61,260 nucleotides of DNA from Eubacteriales bacterium (GCA_045649045.1 JAZRPF010000010.1:1-61260); one strand, 5' to 3'; counted from the stretch's first letter, positions 29,449 to 41,882 are shown. Numbers and translations: made by a program. Notes: generated by a model from the letters alone, not told the origin.

Positions 29449-29634
29449 ATGGCAAAGAAATCCATGATTCTCAAGCAGCAGAGAACCCCGAAGTTCTCTA
29501 CGCGCGCTTACACCCGTTGCAAGATTTGCGGCAGACCTCACGCTTATATCCGTAAGTACGGCATTTGCCGTATCTGCTTTCGTGAGCTTGCTTATAAGGG
29601 CGAGATTCCGGGCGTAAGAAAAGCAAGCTGGTAA
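29449..29634 (+). CDS. rpsN: 30S ribosomal protein S14 type Z (zinc form)
   Basis: 61 aa; [17 protein letters not shown]. Confidence 0.95.
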   Translation: MAKKSMILKQQRTPKFSTRAYTRCKICGRPHAYIRKYGICRICFRELAYKGEIPGVRKASW

Positions 29635-29758
29635 CTCACTACTATTCTCTCATCTATTGGCAGGAAAGTGCGAAAAGATACGCACTTTTACCACCAATCA
29701 GCCGTCGCATCTCTATGTGGCAGCAAGAAAATTGAACTTGCATTAGGAGGATAAAAAT

Positions 29759-30157
29759 ATGCAAATTTCAGATGTTATCGCTGATATGCTCACCAGAATC
29801 AGAAACGCAAATGATGCGAAGCATGATACTGTTGACATTCCGGCATCCAACATGAAGAAGGCAATCGCCGACATTCTCTTGAACGAAGGTTATATCAAGA
29901 GCTATCAAATCGTTGAGGACGGCAAGCAGGGCATCATCCGCATTGTGCTGAAGTATGTCCAGGGCAAGCAGAAGGTCATTCACGGTTTGCGCAGAGTTTC
30001 CAAGCCCGGCTTGCGTATCTACACCAACTGTGAGGATATGCCCCGCGTGATGAACGGACTCGGCATTGCAATCATTTCCACATCCAAAGGCATTATGACC
30101 GACAAGGACGCTCGCCGCGCCAATGTCGGCGGCGAAATTCTCGCCTTTGTCTGGTAA
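29759..30157 (+). CDS. rpsH: 30S ribosomal protein S8
   Basis: [14 protein letters not shown]..; 132 aa. Confidence 0.95.
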   Translation: MQISDVIADMLTRIRNANDAKHDTVDIPASNMKKAIADILLNEGYIKSYQIVEDGKQGIIRIVLKYVQGKQKVIHGLRRVSKPGLRIYTNCEDMPRVMNGLGIAIISTSKGIMTDKDARRANVGGEILAFVW

Positions 30158-30177
30158 GAAGCGGGAGGAATAAGAAT

Positions 30178-30717
30178 ATGTCAAGAATTGGAAGAGCACC
30201 GATTACTATTCCCGCAGGCGTTACTGTAACTGTTGCTTCTGACAACACTGTTACCGTAAAGGGCGCACTCGGCACCTTGACCGAGACCTTTAAGCCTACC
30301 ATGAAAATTACACAGGAGGGCAACACACTGACTGTTACCCGTCCTGACGACGAGAAGGAAAACCGCGCTTTGCACGGTCTTACCCGTACCCTTCTCAACA
30401 ACATGATTGTTGGCGTTACTCAGGGCTTCAGCAAGAAGCTTGAAATCGTCGGTGTCGGCTACAAGGCAGAGAAGAAGGGCAAGCAGCTTGTCCTCAGCCT
30501 CGGTTATTCGCACCCCGTATACTTCAATGAAGAAAATGGCATTACCTTTGATTTGCCTGATAACACCACTGTCATTGTCAAGGGGATTGACAAACAAATC
30601 GTCGGTCAGATCGCGGCACAAATCCGCGAGAAGAGACCTCCCGAGCCGTATCTTGGCAAGGGCGTGAAGTACTCTGGTGAAAAGATTCGCCGTAAGGCCG
30701 GAAAGACCGGTAAATAA
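30178..30717 (+). CDS. rplF: 50S ribosomal protein L6
   Basis: [17 protein letters not shown].. Confidence 0.95.
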   Translation: MSRIGRAPITIPAGVTVTVASDNTVTVKGALGTLTETFKPTMKITQEGNTLTVTRPDDEKENRALHGLTRTLLNNMIVGVTQGFSKKLEIVGVGYKAEKKGKQLVLSLGYSHPVYFNEENGITFDLPDNTTVIVKGIDKQIVGQIAAQIREKRPPEPYLGKGVKYSGEKIRRKAGKTGK

Positions 30718-30734
30718 GGAAAGGAGTTAACGCA

Positions 30735-31094
30735 ATGGTTAAGAGAACAGATAGTAATGCACAGCGTCTTAAGAGACATAAGAGAGTCCGTTCCAAGATT
30801 GTTGGTACAGCGGCTCGTCCCCGTCTTGCTGTGTATCGTTCCAATGCGCACATCAGCGCACAGATCATCGATGATGAGGCCCGTGTGACACTTGTTTCCG
30901 CGAACACCTACGAGGCATCCTTTGAGGGCAATGGCTCAAACAAAGAGGCTGCTAAGAAGATTGGCGAACTCATCGCAAAAAGAGCTCTTGAAAAGGGCAT
31001 TTCCGCAGTTGTATTTGACCGCGGCGGCTATATTTATCACGGGCGTGTATCGGAACTTGCTGCAGGCGCACGCGAAGGCGGCTTGCAGTTCTGA
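30735..31094 (+). CDS. rplR: 50S ribosomal protein L18
   Basis: [26 protein letters not shown]. Confidence 0.95.
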   Translation: MVKRTDSNAQRLKRHKRVRSKIVGTAARPRLAVYRSNAHISAQIIDDEARVTLVSANTYEASFEGNGSNKEAAKKIGELIAKRALEKGISAVVFDRGGYIYHGRVSELAAGAREGGLQF

Positions 31095-31151
31095 GTCCGG
31101 TTTGTACACTATTTCAAAGCAATTTGAAGGATTAAGTTAAGGAGAAAAAAC

Positions 31152-31652
31152 ATGGCAAAAATTATTGATGCGGCAGAGCTTGATCTGAAAGAAAAGCTCG
31201 TCGTTCTCAACCGTGTTTCCAAGACCGTTAAGGGTGGTCGTATCGCGCGCTTTGCTGCTATCATGGTAGTTGGCGATGAGAACGGTCATGTCGGCTACGG
31301 ACTCGGAAAAGCTGCTGAAGTTCCCGATGCGATTCGCAAAGGAATTGAAGACGCCAAGAAAAATCTCATTGAGGTTTCACTCAATGGTTCAACCATCCCT
31401 CACGAAATCATCGGCGAGTTCGGTGCAGGCAAGGTTCTTTTGAAGCCTGCTGCTCCCGGTACCGGTGTTATCGCAGGTGGTGCAGTGCGTGATGTTCTTG
31501 AGCTTGCCGGTATTAAGAACATTCGTGCAAAGTGCCTCCGTTCCAACAATCCGACCAATGTTGTCAAGGCTACCTTTGAGGCTCTCAAGGCTCTTCGTAC
31601 CTTGCAGCAAGTCGCCGAAATCCGCGGCATCAGCCCTGACCGCGTGAAATGA
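31152..31652 (+). CDS. rpsE: 30S ribosomal protein S5
   Basis: [24 protein letters not shown]. Confidence 0.95.
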   Translation: MAKIIDAAELDLKEKLVVLNRVSKTVKGGRIARFAAIMVVGDENGHVGYGLGKAAEVPDAIRKGIEDAKKNLIEVSLNGSTIPHEIIGEFGAGKVLLKPAAPGTGVIAGGAVRDVLELAGIKNIRAKCLRSNNPTNVVKATFEALKALRTLQQVAEIRGISPDRVK

Positions 31653-31659
31653 GGAGGAC

Positions 31660-31842
31660 ATGATGGAACAGGTTAAAGTTGTATTAACAAAAAGCTTGAT
31701 AGGCGCAAAACCCAATCAGAAGGCTACTGCAAAATCCCTCGGCCTCAACAAAATCGGTGACAGCATTGTTCATGCAAATGATGCAGTGCTTGCCGGTAAG
31801 GTTCGGGTTCTCAGCCATCTGGTTAAAATTGAAACCGTTTAA
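31660..31842 (+). CDS. rpmD: 50S ribosomal protein L30
   Basis: 60 aa; [23 protein letters not shown]. Confidence 0.9.
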   Translation: MMEQVKVVLTKSLIGAKPNQKATAKSLGLNKIGDSIVHANDAVLAGKVRVLSHLVKIETV

Positions 31843-31871
31843 TCGGAATTTGGACTGAAGGAGGAAAAAAC

Positions 31872-32312
31872 ATGAAACTTCATGAACTTTCGCCTGCTGA
31901 AGGCTCAACCAAGAGCAACTTCCGCAAAGGCAGAGGACCCGGTTCCGGTAACGGAAAAACAGCGGGCAAGGGCCACAAAGGTCAGAATGCTCGCTCGGGC
32001 GGCGGTGTTCGTCCCGGTTTTGAGGGCGGTCAGCTTCCGCTTTACAGAAGACTTCCGAAGAGAGGCTTCTACAACAGATTTGGCAAATCCTATGTCATTG
32101 TCAATCTTTCCGCTTTGAACGCATTTGATGAGAACACGGTAGTCGACGAAGCAACAATGCTTGAAGCAGGCATCATCAGCCGCACGCTTGATGGTGTTAA
32201 GGTTTTGGGCAGAGGTGAAATTTCCAAAAAACTTACTGTGAAGGCGGCAGTCTTTTCCGGCTCCGCAAAGGCAAAGATCGAAGCAGCAGGTGGAAAGACT
32301 GAGGTGGTATAA
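31872..32312 (+). CDS. rplO: 50S ribosomal protein L15
   Basis: [38 protein letters not shown]. Confidence 0.95.
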   Translation: MKLHELSPAEGSTKSNFRKGRGPGSGNGKTAGKGHKGQNARSGGGVRPGFEGGQLPLYRRLPKRGFYNRFGKSYVIVNLSALNAFDENTVVDEATMLEAGIISRTLDGVKVLGRGEISKKLTVKAAVFSGSAKAKIEAAGGKTEVV

Positions 32313-33751
32313 TGCTTCAGACATTAAGAAACGCATGGAAAATCAAGGAAATCAGAAATAAGATTCTGTTTGTTATTCTCATTCTCGCACTTTACAGAGT
32401 CGGCACGGTTATCCCCGTTCCCTTTATCGATTCCTCTCACTTCGATGCGCAGTTCGGAGATACGATTCTTGCATACATGGACACCTTATCCGGCGGCGCG
32501 CTCGGTACAGCGACTCTGTTTGCTCTTGGTATCTCGCCCTATATTACTGCATCCATCGTGATGCAGCTCCTGACCGTTGCAATTCCTTATTATGAGAGAC
32601 TTGCAAAGACAGGTGAAGAGGGTAAAAAGGTTATCAACAGACATACCCGTGTTGTGACTGTTCTTCTTGCAATAGTAACCGCTATCGGTTACTATATGCT
32701 CCTGAAGAGAGGCGGTATGCTTGTTCACGAAGCAACAGAAGGCAGCGGAGCTACTTGGCTCTACGCTATTGTCATCATCACTTGCTTCTGTGCAGGTGCT
32801 GCTATTGTGATGTGGCTCGCAGAAAAGATTAACGAGAGCGGAATCGGTAACGGTATTTCTCTCATCCTGTTTGTCAACATCATTTCGGGTGCGCCTTCCT
32901 TTGTCATGAAGATGGTGCAGCTGGTGAAGACAGCATCCGGCCATGTTGATATGGGTGCTTATACACCGACATATCAGTATCAGTACAATGCTGATGCAGA
33001 AGTGTCCAAGGGCCTTTATGTCAGCTTGGCGATTCTCTTCGCACTGCTCATTCTTTTTGTCGTGTTGGCAATGACTGTTTTCTCTGTCTTTGTCACAGGC
33101 AGTGAACGCAAAATCAAAATTCAGTATGCAAAGCGCGTTGTTGGACGCAAGATGTACGGCGGTCAGAACAGTGAGCTTCCTCTTAAATTGAATATGTCCG
33201 GCGTTATGCCTGTCATCTTCGCAAGCTCCATTATTTCTCTCCCCGCAACCATCATGATGATGCTCGGCACATCGAGTGACAACTTCTTCTACAGGTTGTT
33301 CAGTGCAGACGGATGGCTTTATCCGCTTCTGCTCTTCATCCTGATTATCGCTTTTGCTTACTTCTACACTCAAATTTCTTTCAATCCTGTTGAGGTTTCG
33401 AATAATTTGAAGAAGAACGGCGGTATGATTCCCGGTATTCGTCAGGGAAAACCCACTGCTGAATTCATCTCCAAGATTCTTTCGAAGGTTACACTCATGG
33501 GCGCGCTCTTCCTGAGCATCATTGCGATTCTTCCGATTATCGCAAAGCCGCTTGCTCTGACTCCTATCGTGAGATCGCTTCTTGCTCCGTTCTTTACGGG
33601 TAGTGCGCTTTCCGATGCTGTCACCTATTTCACAGGCAGCTTTACATTCGGTGGTACCTCGCTCCTGATTGTCATCGGCGTTGCCATCGAAACGATGCGC
33701 GAGCTTGAGGCACAGCTCACGATGCGTAACTACAAGGGATTCCTTTCCTGA
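32312..33751 (+). CDS. secY: preprotein translocase subunit SecY
   Basis: 479 aa; 10-TM layout, conserved position after rplO; longer than the ~430 aa I expect. Confidence 0.9.
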   Translation: MLQTLRNAWKIKEIRNKILFVILILALYRVGTVIPVPFIDSSHFDAQFGDTILAYMDTLSGGALGTATLFALGISPYITASIVMQLLTVAIPYYERLAKTGEEGKKVINRHTRVVTVLLAIVTAIGYYMLLKRGGMLVHEATEGSGATWLYAIVIITCFCAGAAIVMWLAEKINESGIGNGISLILFVNIISGAPSFVMKMVQLVKTASGHVDMGAYTPTYQYQYNADAEVSKGLYVSLAILFALLILFVVLAMTVFSVFVTGSERKIKIQYAKRVVGRKMYGGQNSELPLKLNMSGVMPVIFASSIISLPATIMMMLGTSSDNFFYRLFSADGWLYPLLLFILIIAFAYFYTQISFNPVEVSNNLKKNGGMIPGIRQGKPTAEFISKILSKVTLMGALFLSIIAILPIIAKPLALTPIVRSLLAPFFTGSALSDAVTYFTGSFTFGGTSLLIVIGVAIETMRELEAQLTMRNYKGFLS

Positions 33752-33768
33752 TTTCAAAGGAGTTGCAT

Positions 33769-34398
33769 ATGAAGATTATATTTTTGGGCGCTCCCGGTGC
33801 AGGGAAGGGAACACAGGCTGAACTGGTGGCTGAACGCGCAGGCATTCCCACCATTTCAACCGGTGCAATTATCAGAGAAGCCATCAGAACAGGTACCGAG
33901 ATGGGTAAGGCTGCAAAGTCCTACACAGATAACGGTGCGCTTGTTCCCGATGAGGTTGTCATCGGCATCATCCGTGAGCGTTTGGTTCAGGATGACTGCA
34001 ACGGCGGCTACATCCTTGACGGCTTCCCCCGTACCGTGCCTCAGGCAGAGGCACTTGACCGAATGGGCATCAATATTGATGTGGTACTCAGCATAGAGGT
34101 TGCCGATGAGGCAATCGTTGAGCGCATGAGCGGACGCCGTGTCTGCGAGTGCGGTGCTTCCTACCATACGGCTTACAAGCCTTCGGCTGACGGCGTTCAT
34201 TGTGACAAATGTGGCAAGGAACTGACCATTCGCCGTGACGATGCTCCAGAGGTCGTCAGAAGTCGTTTGAAGGTCTATCACGAAACAACCGAGCCTCTCA
34301 AGAGCTTCTATGCCACTAAAGGCATTCTGAAGACTGTTGAAGGGCAGGAGCGTGTAGAGGACACAACTGCACTTGTTCGTGCGACATTAGGTGTTTGA
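33769..34398 (+). CDS. adk: adenylate kinase (zinc-lid type)
   Basis: MKIIFLGAPGAGKGTQA; lid CECG...CDKCG. Confidence 0.95.
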   Translation: MKIIFLGAPGAGKGTQAELVAERAGIPTISTGAIIREAIRTGTEMGKAAKSYTDNGALVPDEVVIGIIRERLVQDDCNGGYILDGFPRTVPQAEALDRMGINIDVVLSIEVADEAIVERMSGRRVCECGASYHTAYKPSADGVHCDKCGKELTIRRDDAPEVVRSRLKVYHETTEPLKSFYATKGILKTVEGQERVEDTTALVRATLGV

Positions 34399-35153
34399 AC
34401 ATGGTTTCACTGAAAAATTCCGAACAGCTTGCGTTGATGAAGGAAGCGGGACGCATTACAGGTGAGGCACTTCTCGTTGCCGAAGAGGCAATTCGGGAAG
34501 GCATTACAACCAAGGAGCTGGATAAAAAAATCCGCGCTCATATTGAAAAATGCGGTGCCCGTCCTTCCTTCCTCGGCTATGGCGGATTTCCCGCCAGCGC
34601 TTGCATCAGCTTGAATCATGAAGTGATTCACGGAATTCCGTCCGCTCAAAAAGTCATCCATGAGGGCGACATTGTCAAAGTCGATGTCGGCGCTTATTAC
34701 CGCGGGTTTCACGGTGACAGCGCAAGGACCTTTGCAATCGGACAGGTCAGTGAGGAAGCCAATCGCTTGATTGCCGTCACCAAGGCGTGCTTTGATGAGG
34801 CAGTCAAGCTGGCACTTCCCGGCAACCGTATCGGTGATATTTCTGCCGCGGCGCAAGCCTGTGCGGAAAACGCAGGATTCAGTGTTGTTCGCAAATATGT
34901 CGGGCACGGAGTCGGCATGCAGTTGCATGAAGATCCCGAAGTTCCGAACTTCGGTCGAGCGGGACACGGCGTACGCCTGTATCCCGGAATGACTTTGGCA
35001 ATCGAGCCGATGATCAATGTCGGTACATTTGATGTCAGAGTCTTGAAGGACAACTGGACTGTTGTCACAGCAGACGGTTCGCTTTCAGCGCATTATGAGC
35101 ATACGGTCGCTATTACAAACGATGGGCCGATTCTGCTCACGGATGTGCGGTAA
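34395..35153 (+). CDS. map: type I methionine aminopeptidase
   Basis: 252 aa; pita-bread fold motifs (GDIVKVDVGA, HGVG, LAIEPM). Confidence 0.9.
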   Translation: MNMVSLKNSEQLALMKEAGRITGEALLVAEEAIREGITTKELDKKIRAHIEKCGARPSFLGYGGFPASACISLNHEVIHGIPSAQKVIHEGDIVKVDVGAYYRGFHGDSARTFAIGQVSEEANRLIAVTKACFDEAVKLALPGNRIGDISAAAQACAENAGFSVVRKYVGHGVGMQLHEDPEVPNFGRAGHGVRLYPGMTLAIEPMINVGTFDVRVLKDNWTVVTADGSLSAHYEHTVAITNDGPILLTDVR

Positions 35154-35165
35154 CGGAGGTCTCTG

Positions 35166-35453
35166 ATGACAGGTTCAATTGGTACAGCTCCCGACACTTG
35201 GGTTGGCAGTATCGTGCTGTCCCTCGCGGGGCGAGACGGCAAACGGTTGTTTGTGGTTGTCGCTATCGATGAGGCTGATGGATATGTATACCTCGCTGAC
35301 GGCAAGTTACGGCAAATCCAACATCCGAAGAAGAAAAAAAGCAAGCATATCCAATGGATGAAAAAAGGAGATGCGGCTTTGGTTGAAGCGTGTCTGAATG
35401 GCACGGTTACCAATCGGCAGCTCAAAGAAACGCTTACAGCTTTATGCTTCTAA
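35166..35453 (+). CDS. KOW domain-containing RNA-binding protein
   Basis: 95 aa; [19 protein letters not shown]..; conserved map-infA intergenic gene in Clostridia. Confidence 0.7.
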   Translation: MTGSIGTAPDTWVGSIVLSLAGRDGKRLFVVVAIDEADGYVYLADGKLRQIQHPKKKKSKHIQWMKKGDAALVEACLNGTVTNRQLKETLTALCF

Positions 35454-35476
35454 ATAGCGGTAGAGGAGGGATTATT

Positions 35477-35698
35477 CTGCCTAAGGACGATTTGATTGAA
35501 TTTGAGGACGGCGTCGTTGTAGAAGCACTTCCGAACGCCACCTTCAAGGTACAGCTCCCGAACGGTCATATTGTGACCGCGCACATTTCGGGTAAGTTGC
35601 GTATGAATTATATCAAGATTCTTCCCGGTGACACCGTGACGGTCGAGGTCTCTGTTTATGACTTGACCAAGGGACGCATCACTTGGAGGAAAAAATAA
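35477..35698 (+). CDS. infA: translation initiation factor IF-1 (apparent non-ATG start)
   Basis: (x)[30 protein letters not shown]..; GAGGAGGG at 35463..35470 followed by ATT ATT CTG; nearest in-frame ATG (35444) has no RBS and overlaps the KOW gene. Confidence 0.8.
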   Translation: MPKDDLIEFEDGVVVEALPNATFKVQLPNGHIVTAHISGKLRMNYIKILPGDTVTVEVSVYDLTKGRITWRKK

Positions 35699-35724
35699 AC
35701 CGATGAAAGGAACGGTATATAACA

Positions 35725-35838
35725 GTGAAAGTAAAACCTTCCGTCAAGAAGATCTGCGATAAGTGCAAGATTATTAAAAGAAAAGGAAAAGTCATGGTCA
35801 TCTGCGAAAACCCCAAGCATAAGCAGAAACAGGGCTAA
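35725..35838 (+). CDS. rpmJ: 50S ribosomal protein L36
   Basis: not in ORF track (37 aa); own translation [40 protein letters not shown] start. Confidence 0.9.
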   Translation: MKVKPSVKKICDKCKIIKRKGKVMVICENPKHKQKQG

Positions 35839-35873
35839 TCCACTATCAAAAATAGAAGGAGAGTAATATCCAA

Positions 35874-36242
35874 ATGGCTCGTATAGCTGGCGTTGATATT
35901 CCGAATCACAAGCGCGTGGAAATCGCACTGACCTATATTTACGGTATCGGTCTTAAGAGTGCCAAGGACATTTTGGCAAAGACCGGCATTAACCCCGATA
36001 CTCGCGCAAAGGATCTCACCGAGGCAGAAATCGCAAAGCTTCGTGAGGAGATTGAAAGCAACTATCATGTAGAGGGTGACCTTCGCCGTGAGGTTGCAAT
36101 GAACATCAAGAACATGGTCGAAATTAACTGCTACCGCGGTATCAGACACAGAAAAGGACTCCCTGTTCGCGGTCAGAGAACCAAGACCAATGCGAGAACA
36201 AGAAAAGGTCCTGCAAAGACCATCGCAAACAAGAAGAAGTAA
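35874..36242 (+). CDS. rpsM: 30S ribosomal protein S13
   Basis: [26 protein letters not shown]. Confidence 0.95.
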   Translation: MARIAGVDIPNHKRVEIALTYIYGIGLKSAKDILAKTGINPDTRAKDLTEAEIAKLREEIESNYHVEGDLRREVAMNIKNMVEINCYRGIRHRKGLPVRGQRTKTNARTRKGPAKTIANKKK

Positions 36243-36255
36243 GGAGTGAGAACAA

Positions 36256-36654
36256 ATGGCAAAGGCTACAGTTAAAAAAGTCGTCAAGAAACGCCGCGAA
36301 CGCAAGAATATTGAAAAAGGTGCGGCACATATTCGTTCCACTTTCAACAACACCATTGTCACCATCACTGATGTGGCGGGTAACGCTGTGTCTTGGGCAT
36401 CTGCAGGTGAAATGGGCTTCAAGGGTTCCAGAAAGTCCACTCCTTTTGCTGCTCAGACCGCTGCGGAAGCAGCTGCAAAGGGCGCAATTGAGCATGGCAT
36501 GAAGACTGTTGAAGTTTATGTTCGTGGACCCGGTTCAGGACGAGAGGCTGCCATCCGTGCGCTTCAGACCGCAGGTCTTGACATCACCCTCATCAAAGAT
36601 GTCACCCCGATTCCTCACAACGGTTGCCGCCCTCCCAAGCGTCGCCGCGTGTAA
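36256..36654 (+). CDS. rpsK: 30S ribosomal protein S11
   Basis: [23 protein letters not shown]. Confidence 0.95.
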   Translation: MAKATVKKVVKKRRERKNIEKGAAHIRSTFNNTIVTITDVAGNAVSWASAGEMGFKGSRKSTPFAAQTAAEAAAKGAIEHGMKTVEVYVRGPGSGREAAIRALQTAGLDITLIKDVTPIPHNGCRPPKRRRV

Positions 36655-36675
36655 TCGAAAGGAAGGTACAAAATT

Positions 36676-37299
36676 ATGGCAAGATATACAGGTCCAAGCT
36701 GCAAGCTCTGCCGCAGAGAAGGCGAAAAGCTTTATCTGAAGGGAGATCGTTGCACAACAAAATGCACATTGGAGCGCAGAAGCAATGCGCCCGGTCAGCA
36801 TGGTGCTGCCCGCAAGAAGATCGAAGAGTACGGTATGCAGCTTCGTGAGAAGCAGAGAGCAAGACGCTACTACGGTGTTCTTGAAAGTCAGTTTGCAAAG
36901 TATTATGAGATGGCTGAAAAGAAGGAAGGCATGACTGGCGAAAACCTGCTCATCATCCTTGAACGCCGTTTTGATAATGTCATTTACAGAATGGGTATGG
37001 CAGAGAGCCGCAAGGAAGCTCGTCAGCTCGTTTTGCACGGTCATTTCACCCTGAACGGTAAGAAGGTGAATATTCCTTCCTTGCTCGTAAAGGTTGGAGA
37101 TGTGGTTGCTGTTAAAGAAAGCCGTCGCGACGGTGCAAAGCTGAAGGCTCTTGCTGAAGCGATGGGTGACAAGGTTAAGCCGAAGTGGCTGGATGCAGAT
37201 GCAACAAACGCGACCTGCAAGGTAGTTTCTATGCCTGCTCGCGATGACATCGACTTCCCGTTCAACGAACGCTTGATCGTCGAGTACTACTCCAAGTAA
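36676..37299 (+). CDS. rpsD: 30S ribosomal protein S4
   Basis: [26 protein letters not shown]. Confidence 0.95.
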   Translation: MARYTGPSCKLCRREGEKLYLKGDRCTTKCTLERRSNAPGQHGAARKKIEEYGMQLREKQRARRYYGVLESQFAKYYEMAEKKEGMTGENLLIILERRFDNVIYRMGMAESRKEARQLVLHGHFTLNGKKVNIPSLLVKVGDVVAVKESRRDGAKLKALAEAMGDKVKPKWLDADATNATCKVVSMPARDDIDFPFNERLIVEYYSK

Positions 37300-37450
37300 T
37301 TTCCCCCTCCGATTCGGACCCATCCGCAGAGCAACGGTCGATTTGCTTTTTCGATGTTGCCTCTTCGGACGGATGGGCAATTTGGGTAATTGCCAATGTC
37401 CCTGTAGGGATGTACGCGTACTGTAAAATTGAAATTAGGAGGATTTACAC

Positions 37451-38437
37451 ATGTTAGCATTTGATCAGCCGATTGAAAAACCGAACATCGTTGTCAATGA
37501 CCTGAACGAAACAGGCAGTGAAAGCGAATTTGTGATTGAGCCTCTGGAAAGAGGTTACGGCACGACTCTCGGTAATTCTTTGCGCAGAATGTTGCTGAGT
37601 TCTCTCCCCGGCTTTGCTGTGACAAGCGTGAAAATCGATGGTGTTCTTCATGAGATTTCCACAATCGCCGGCGTGAAAGAGGATGTTCCTGAGATTATTC
37701 TGAATGTGAAGGGCATTGTGCCGAAGCTCAATGTTCCCGGTCCCAAGACTGTCATGATTGATGTCGTTGGTCCTTGCGAGGTTTGTGCAGGCAGCATTAC
37801 ACCCGATGCCGATATCGAGATTCTGAATCCCGAGCATCACATTTGTACTGTCAGCGCAGACGAACACTTCTTCATGGAATTGACAATCAATTCCGGTCGC
37901 GGTTATGTTCCGCAAGAAAAGAACAAGCAGAATTATCTTGCAACTCTCGAAAACAATGCCGGAGCACCGATCGGTCTCATTTTTGTTGACTCCATTTTCA
38001 GCCCTGTTTACAAGGTCGAATATAGGGTTGAGGACACTCGTGTCGGCAACATTACGGACTATGACAAGCTCACGATGCATGTTCTGACAAACGGAACCAT
38101 CGCGGCAAAGGAAGCGGTTTCTCTCGGAGCCAAGATTCTCAATGATCACTTCACTCTCTTCGTAGATATGTCTGACGAAGCGAAAAATCTGATTACGACT
38201 GTTGAGCCACCCGAATGCAAACGGGATAAGATTCTTGAGATGACCATTGAAGACCTTGACCTGTCTGTCCGTAGCTTCAACTGCTTGAAGCGCGCAGGCA
38301 TTGATACGGTTGGCGATCTCGTAAGCCGTACCGAGGAAGATATGATTAAGGTAAGAAACCTCGGAAGAAAATCGCTGGAAGAAGTTATTCAGAAGCTGCA
38401 CTCGCTCGGTCTTGCACTCAAGACGGTTGAAGAGTGA
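37451..38437 (+). CDS. rpoA: DNA-directed RNA polymerase subunit alpha
   Basis: 328 aa; [21 protein letters not shown]-terminal domain [16 protein letters not shown]. Confidence 0.95.
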   Translation: MLAFDQPIEKPNIVVNDLNETGSESEFVIEPLERGYGTTLGNSLRRMLLSSLPGFAVTSVKIDGVLHEISTIAGVKEDVPEIILNVKGIVPKLNVPGPKTVMIDVVGPCEVCAGSITPDADIEILNPEHHICTVSADEHFFMELTINSGRGYVPQEKNKQNYLATLENNAGAPIGLIFVDSIFSPVYKVEYRVEDTRVGNITDYDKLTMHVLTNGTIAAKEAVSLGAKILNDHFTLFVDMSDEAKNLITTVEPPECKRDKILEMTIEDLDLSVRSFNCLKRAGIDTVGDLVSRTEEDMIKVRNLGRKSLEEVIQKLHSLGLALKTVEE

Positions 38438-38459
38438 GATACTATAGGAGGTAAAGAAA

Positions 38460-38840
38460 ATGGCCGGAAATAGAAAACTCGGCAGAAAATCCGCTCACAG
38501 AAAGGCTATGCTGAGAGGCTTAGTTACCTACCTTCTCGAGAACGGTGAAATTGAAACGACGCTCACAAGAGCTAAGGAAGTTCGCTCTGTCGCCGAAAAG
38601 ATGATTACCCTCGGCAAGACAAACACCTTGGCTTCCTACCGTGAAGCGCTCGCATATATTACCAAGGAATCTGTTGCGAAAAAGGTCTTCGACCAGATTG
38701 CTCCGTCTTATGAGAATGTAGATGGCGGTTATACACAAATTTTCAAGCTTGGGCCCCGTCGCGGCGACGCCGCAGAAATGGCTCTCATCAGACTTGTCAA
38801 GGTTGATGCAGACGCAAAAGCCCCCGCTGAAAACGCATAA
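38460..38840 (+). CDS. rplQ: 50S ribosomal protein L17
   Basis: [20 protein letters not shown]...E.IETTL.RAKE. Confidence 0.95.
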   Translation: MAGNRKLGRKSAHRKAMLRGLVTYLLENGEIETTLTRAKEVRSVAEKMITLGKTNTLASYREALAYITKESVAKKVFDQIAPSYENVDGGYTQIFKLGPRRGDAAEMALIRLVKVDADAKAPAENA

Positions 38841-38900
38841 CACAAAAAAGAAAAGTGACCGTACTCTCTGCATTCTTAGCGGAGAAATAGGCAGCGGAAG

Positions 38901-38936
38901 TACCGAGGCATTGATTTGCCTCGGTATTTCTGTTTC
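38901..38936 (+). terminator. terminator of the ribosomal super-operon
   Basis: perfect 10-bp stem TACCGAGGCA/TGCCTCGGTA followed by TTTCTGTTTCTG. Confidence 0.75.
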
Positions 38937-38943
38937 TGTGGGC

Positions 38944-40818
<1,875 letters not shown>

Positions 40819-40821
40819 TCA

Positions 40822-40911
40822 TAAAAAACAAGGGCCGAAATCAAACAAAGCAGAAAGAATATACCCGCTATCTCGGATATACTTTTGAGCTTTTATGTTT
40901 GATTCCGACCC
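40822..40911 (-). terminator. long imperfect hairpin plus T-tract downstream of the repressor operon
   Basis: arms 40832..40847 and 40896..40911 pair 14/16; on the minus strand followed by TTGTTTTTTAT. Confidence 0.4.
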
Positions 40912-40970
40912 TGTGTATTCCCGAATTCACAGCCGGGAGGATGGAACGTATTCGCCACGCGAGGCGGCAG

Positions 40971-41225
40971 TTATAGAGCGACGCGAGTCGCTATGAATCT
41001 TGCAGGCTCGTTCGGTCTTGCGTGTAGAGCCTTGATACAGAGAGCAACCTTCCCATGACAGTGCGGACATTCCAATATGTAATCCGCGTCAGATGCTTCC
41101 GAGAGCCGTTTGAGCTCACTGTCATTTCGCAGGAGCACGTCAGGAACGTCAGCGAAGCGATGGTTGCCGTAGGGACATTTCAGTTTCGGCATATATCTTC
41201 TACCGTCATCTGTTTTTTCCGCCAT
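40971..41225 (-). CDS. hypothetical small zinc-ribbon-like protein
   Basis: 84 aa; KCPYGNH...ECPHCHG; 15 nt downstream of the repressor gene, probably co-transcribed. Confidence 0.5.
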   Translation of the reverse strand: MAEKTDDGRRYMPKLKCPYGNHRFADVPDVLLRNDSELKRLSEASDADYILECPHCHGKVALCIKALHARPNEPARFIATRVAL

Positions 41226-41240
41226 TGAATACCTCCTTTA

Positions 41241-41861
41241 TCACGAGTCAAGATCCTTCATCACCATAGTGGCAACGCCTTGGATCCTTAAATCATTTAG
41301 CTGTTCGCCTTTCAAAATAATGGGCTTGAGTGAATCGTTTTCGGGTACGAGATGCACCTCGCTGTCACTGACGCGGTGGTAGCGTTTGAGGGTAGTGCAA
41401 TCACTTCGATAGAGAAAGGCAACGATCTGACCCTCACGCGCCGTTTCCTGTTTGCGAATGAGAACAAGGTCACCGCTGTCAATTCCTGCGTTTATCATCG
41501 AATCTCCGCTGGCACGCAGAAGGAAGAAATCTCCGCTACCGGTCAAAGCCAAGGGCAATCGGATATGCTCAAGCTCGGCATCGGTCACCTCGGTGAGCGG
41601 ACCGCAAGGAATGGAATTACCCATCTGCACACGGTTGGTGTCCATCAGCTCACGCATATACTTGGTGATGATACCACGGTGACCGTCGTATTCGATCTCG
41701 CCTTGCTCCTGCATGGTTTTGAGATATCTCTGAATGGTGGGACGGGAAGCACCGATCCCTTGCTCGATCTCCCGAGTGGAGGGAGACCTGCCGTAATCCT
41801 CAAAATATTCATTAACAAAATCGATAATTTTTCTGAACAGCGATTCATCTCTGCTTCTCAT
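41241..41861 (-). CDS. LexA/CI-like repressor (wHTH plus S24 self-cleaving peptidase domain)
   Basis: N-terminal HTH (SPSTREIEQGIGASRPTIQRYLK), catalytic Ser in ASGDSM and Lys in TLKRY, LexA spacing; ATG 41861 follows a GGGGG RBS. Confidence 0.85.
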   Translation of the reverse strand: MRSRDESLFRKIIDFVNEYFEDYGRSPSTREIEQGIGASRPTIQRYLKTMQEQGEIEYDGHRGIITKYMRELMDTNRVQMGNSIPCGPLTEVTDAELEHIRLPLALTGSGDFFLLRASGDSMINAGIDSGDLVLIRKQETAREGQIVAFLYRSDCTTLKRYHRVSDSEVHLVPENDSLKPIILKGEQLNDLRIQGVATMVMKDLDS

Positions 41862-41882
41862 AAAAGCCCCCTGAAACATAAT

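Noticed and set aside
28507-29541. 344-aa minus-strand ORF
   Set aside because: Antisense shadow of rplX, rplE and rpsN, with no independent coding evidence.
32486-33757. 423-aa minus-strand ORF
   Set aside because: Antisense shadow of secY.
36535-38401. 281-aa and 315-aa minus-strand ORFs
   Set aside because: Antisense shadows of rpsD and rpoA.
40890-40915. tRNA 3'-end-like sequence (GGGTCGGAATCAAAC on the minus strand) that could mark an att site
   Set aside because: It only loosely resembles a T-arm (GGTTCGAATCC), has no acceptor stem or CCA context, and pairs instead with 40832..40847 as a terminator-like hairpin.
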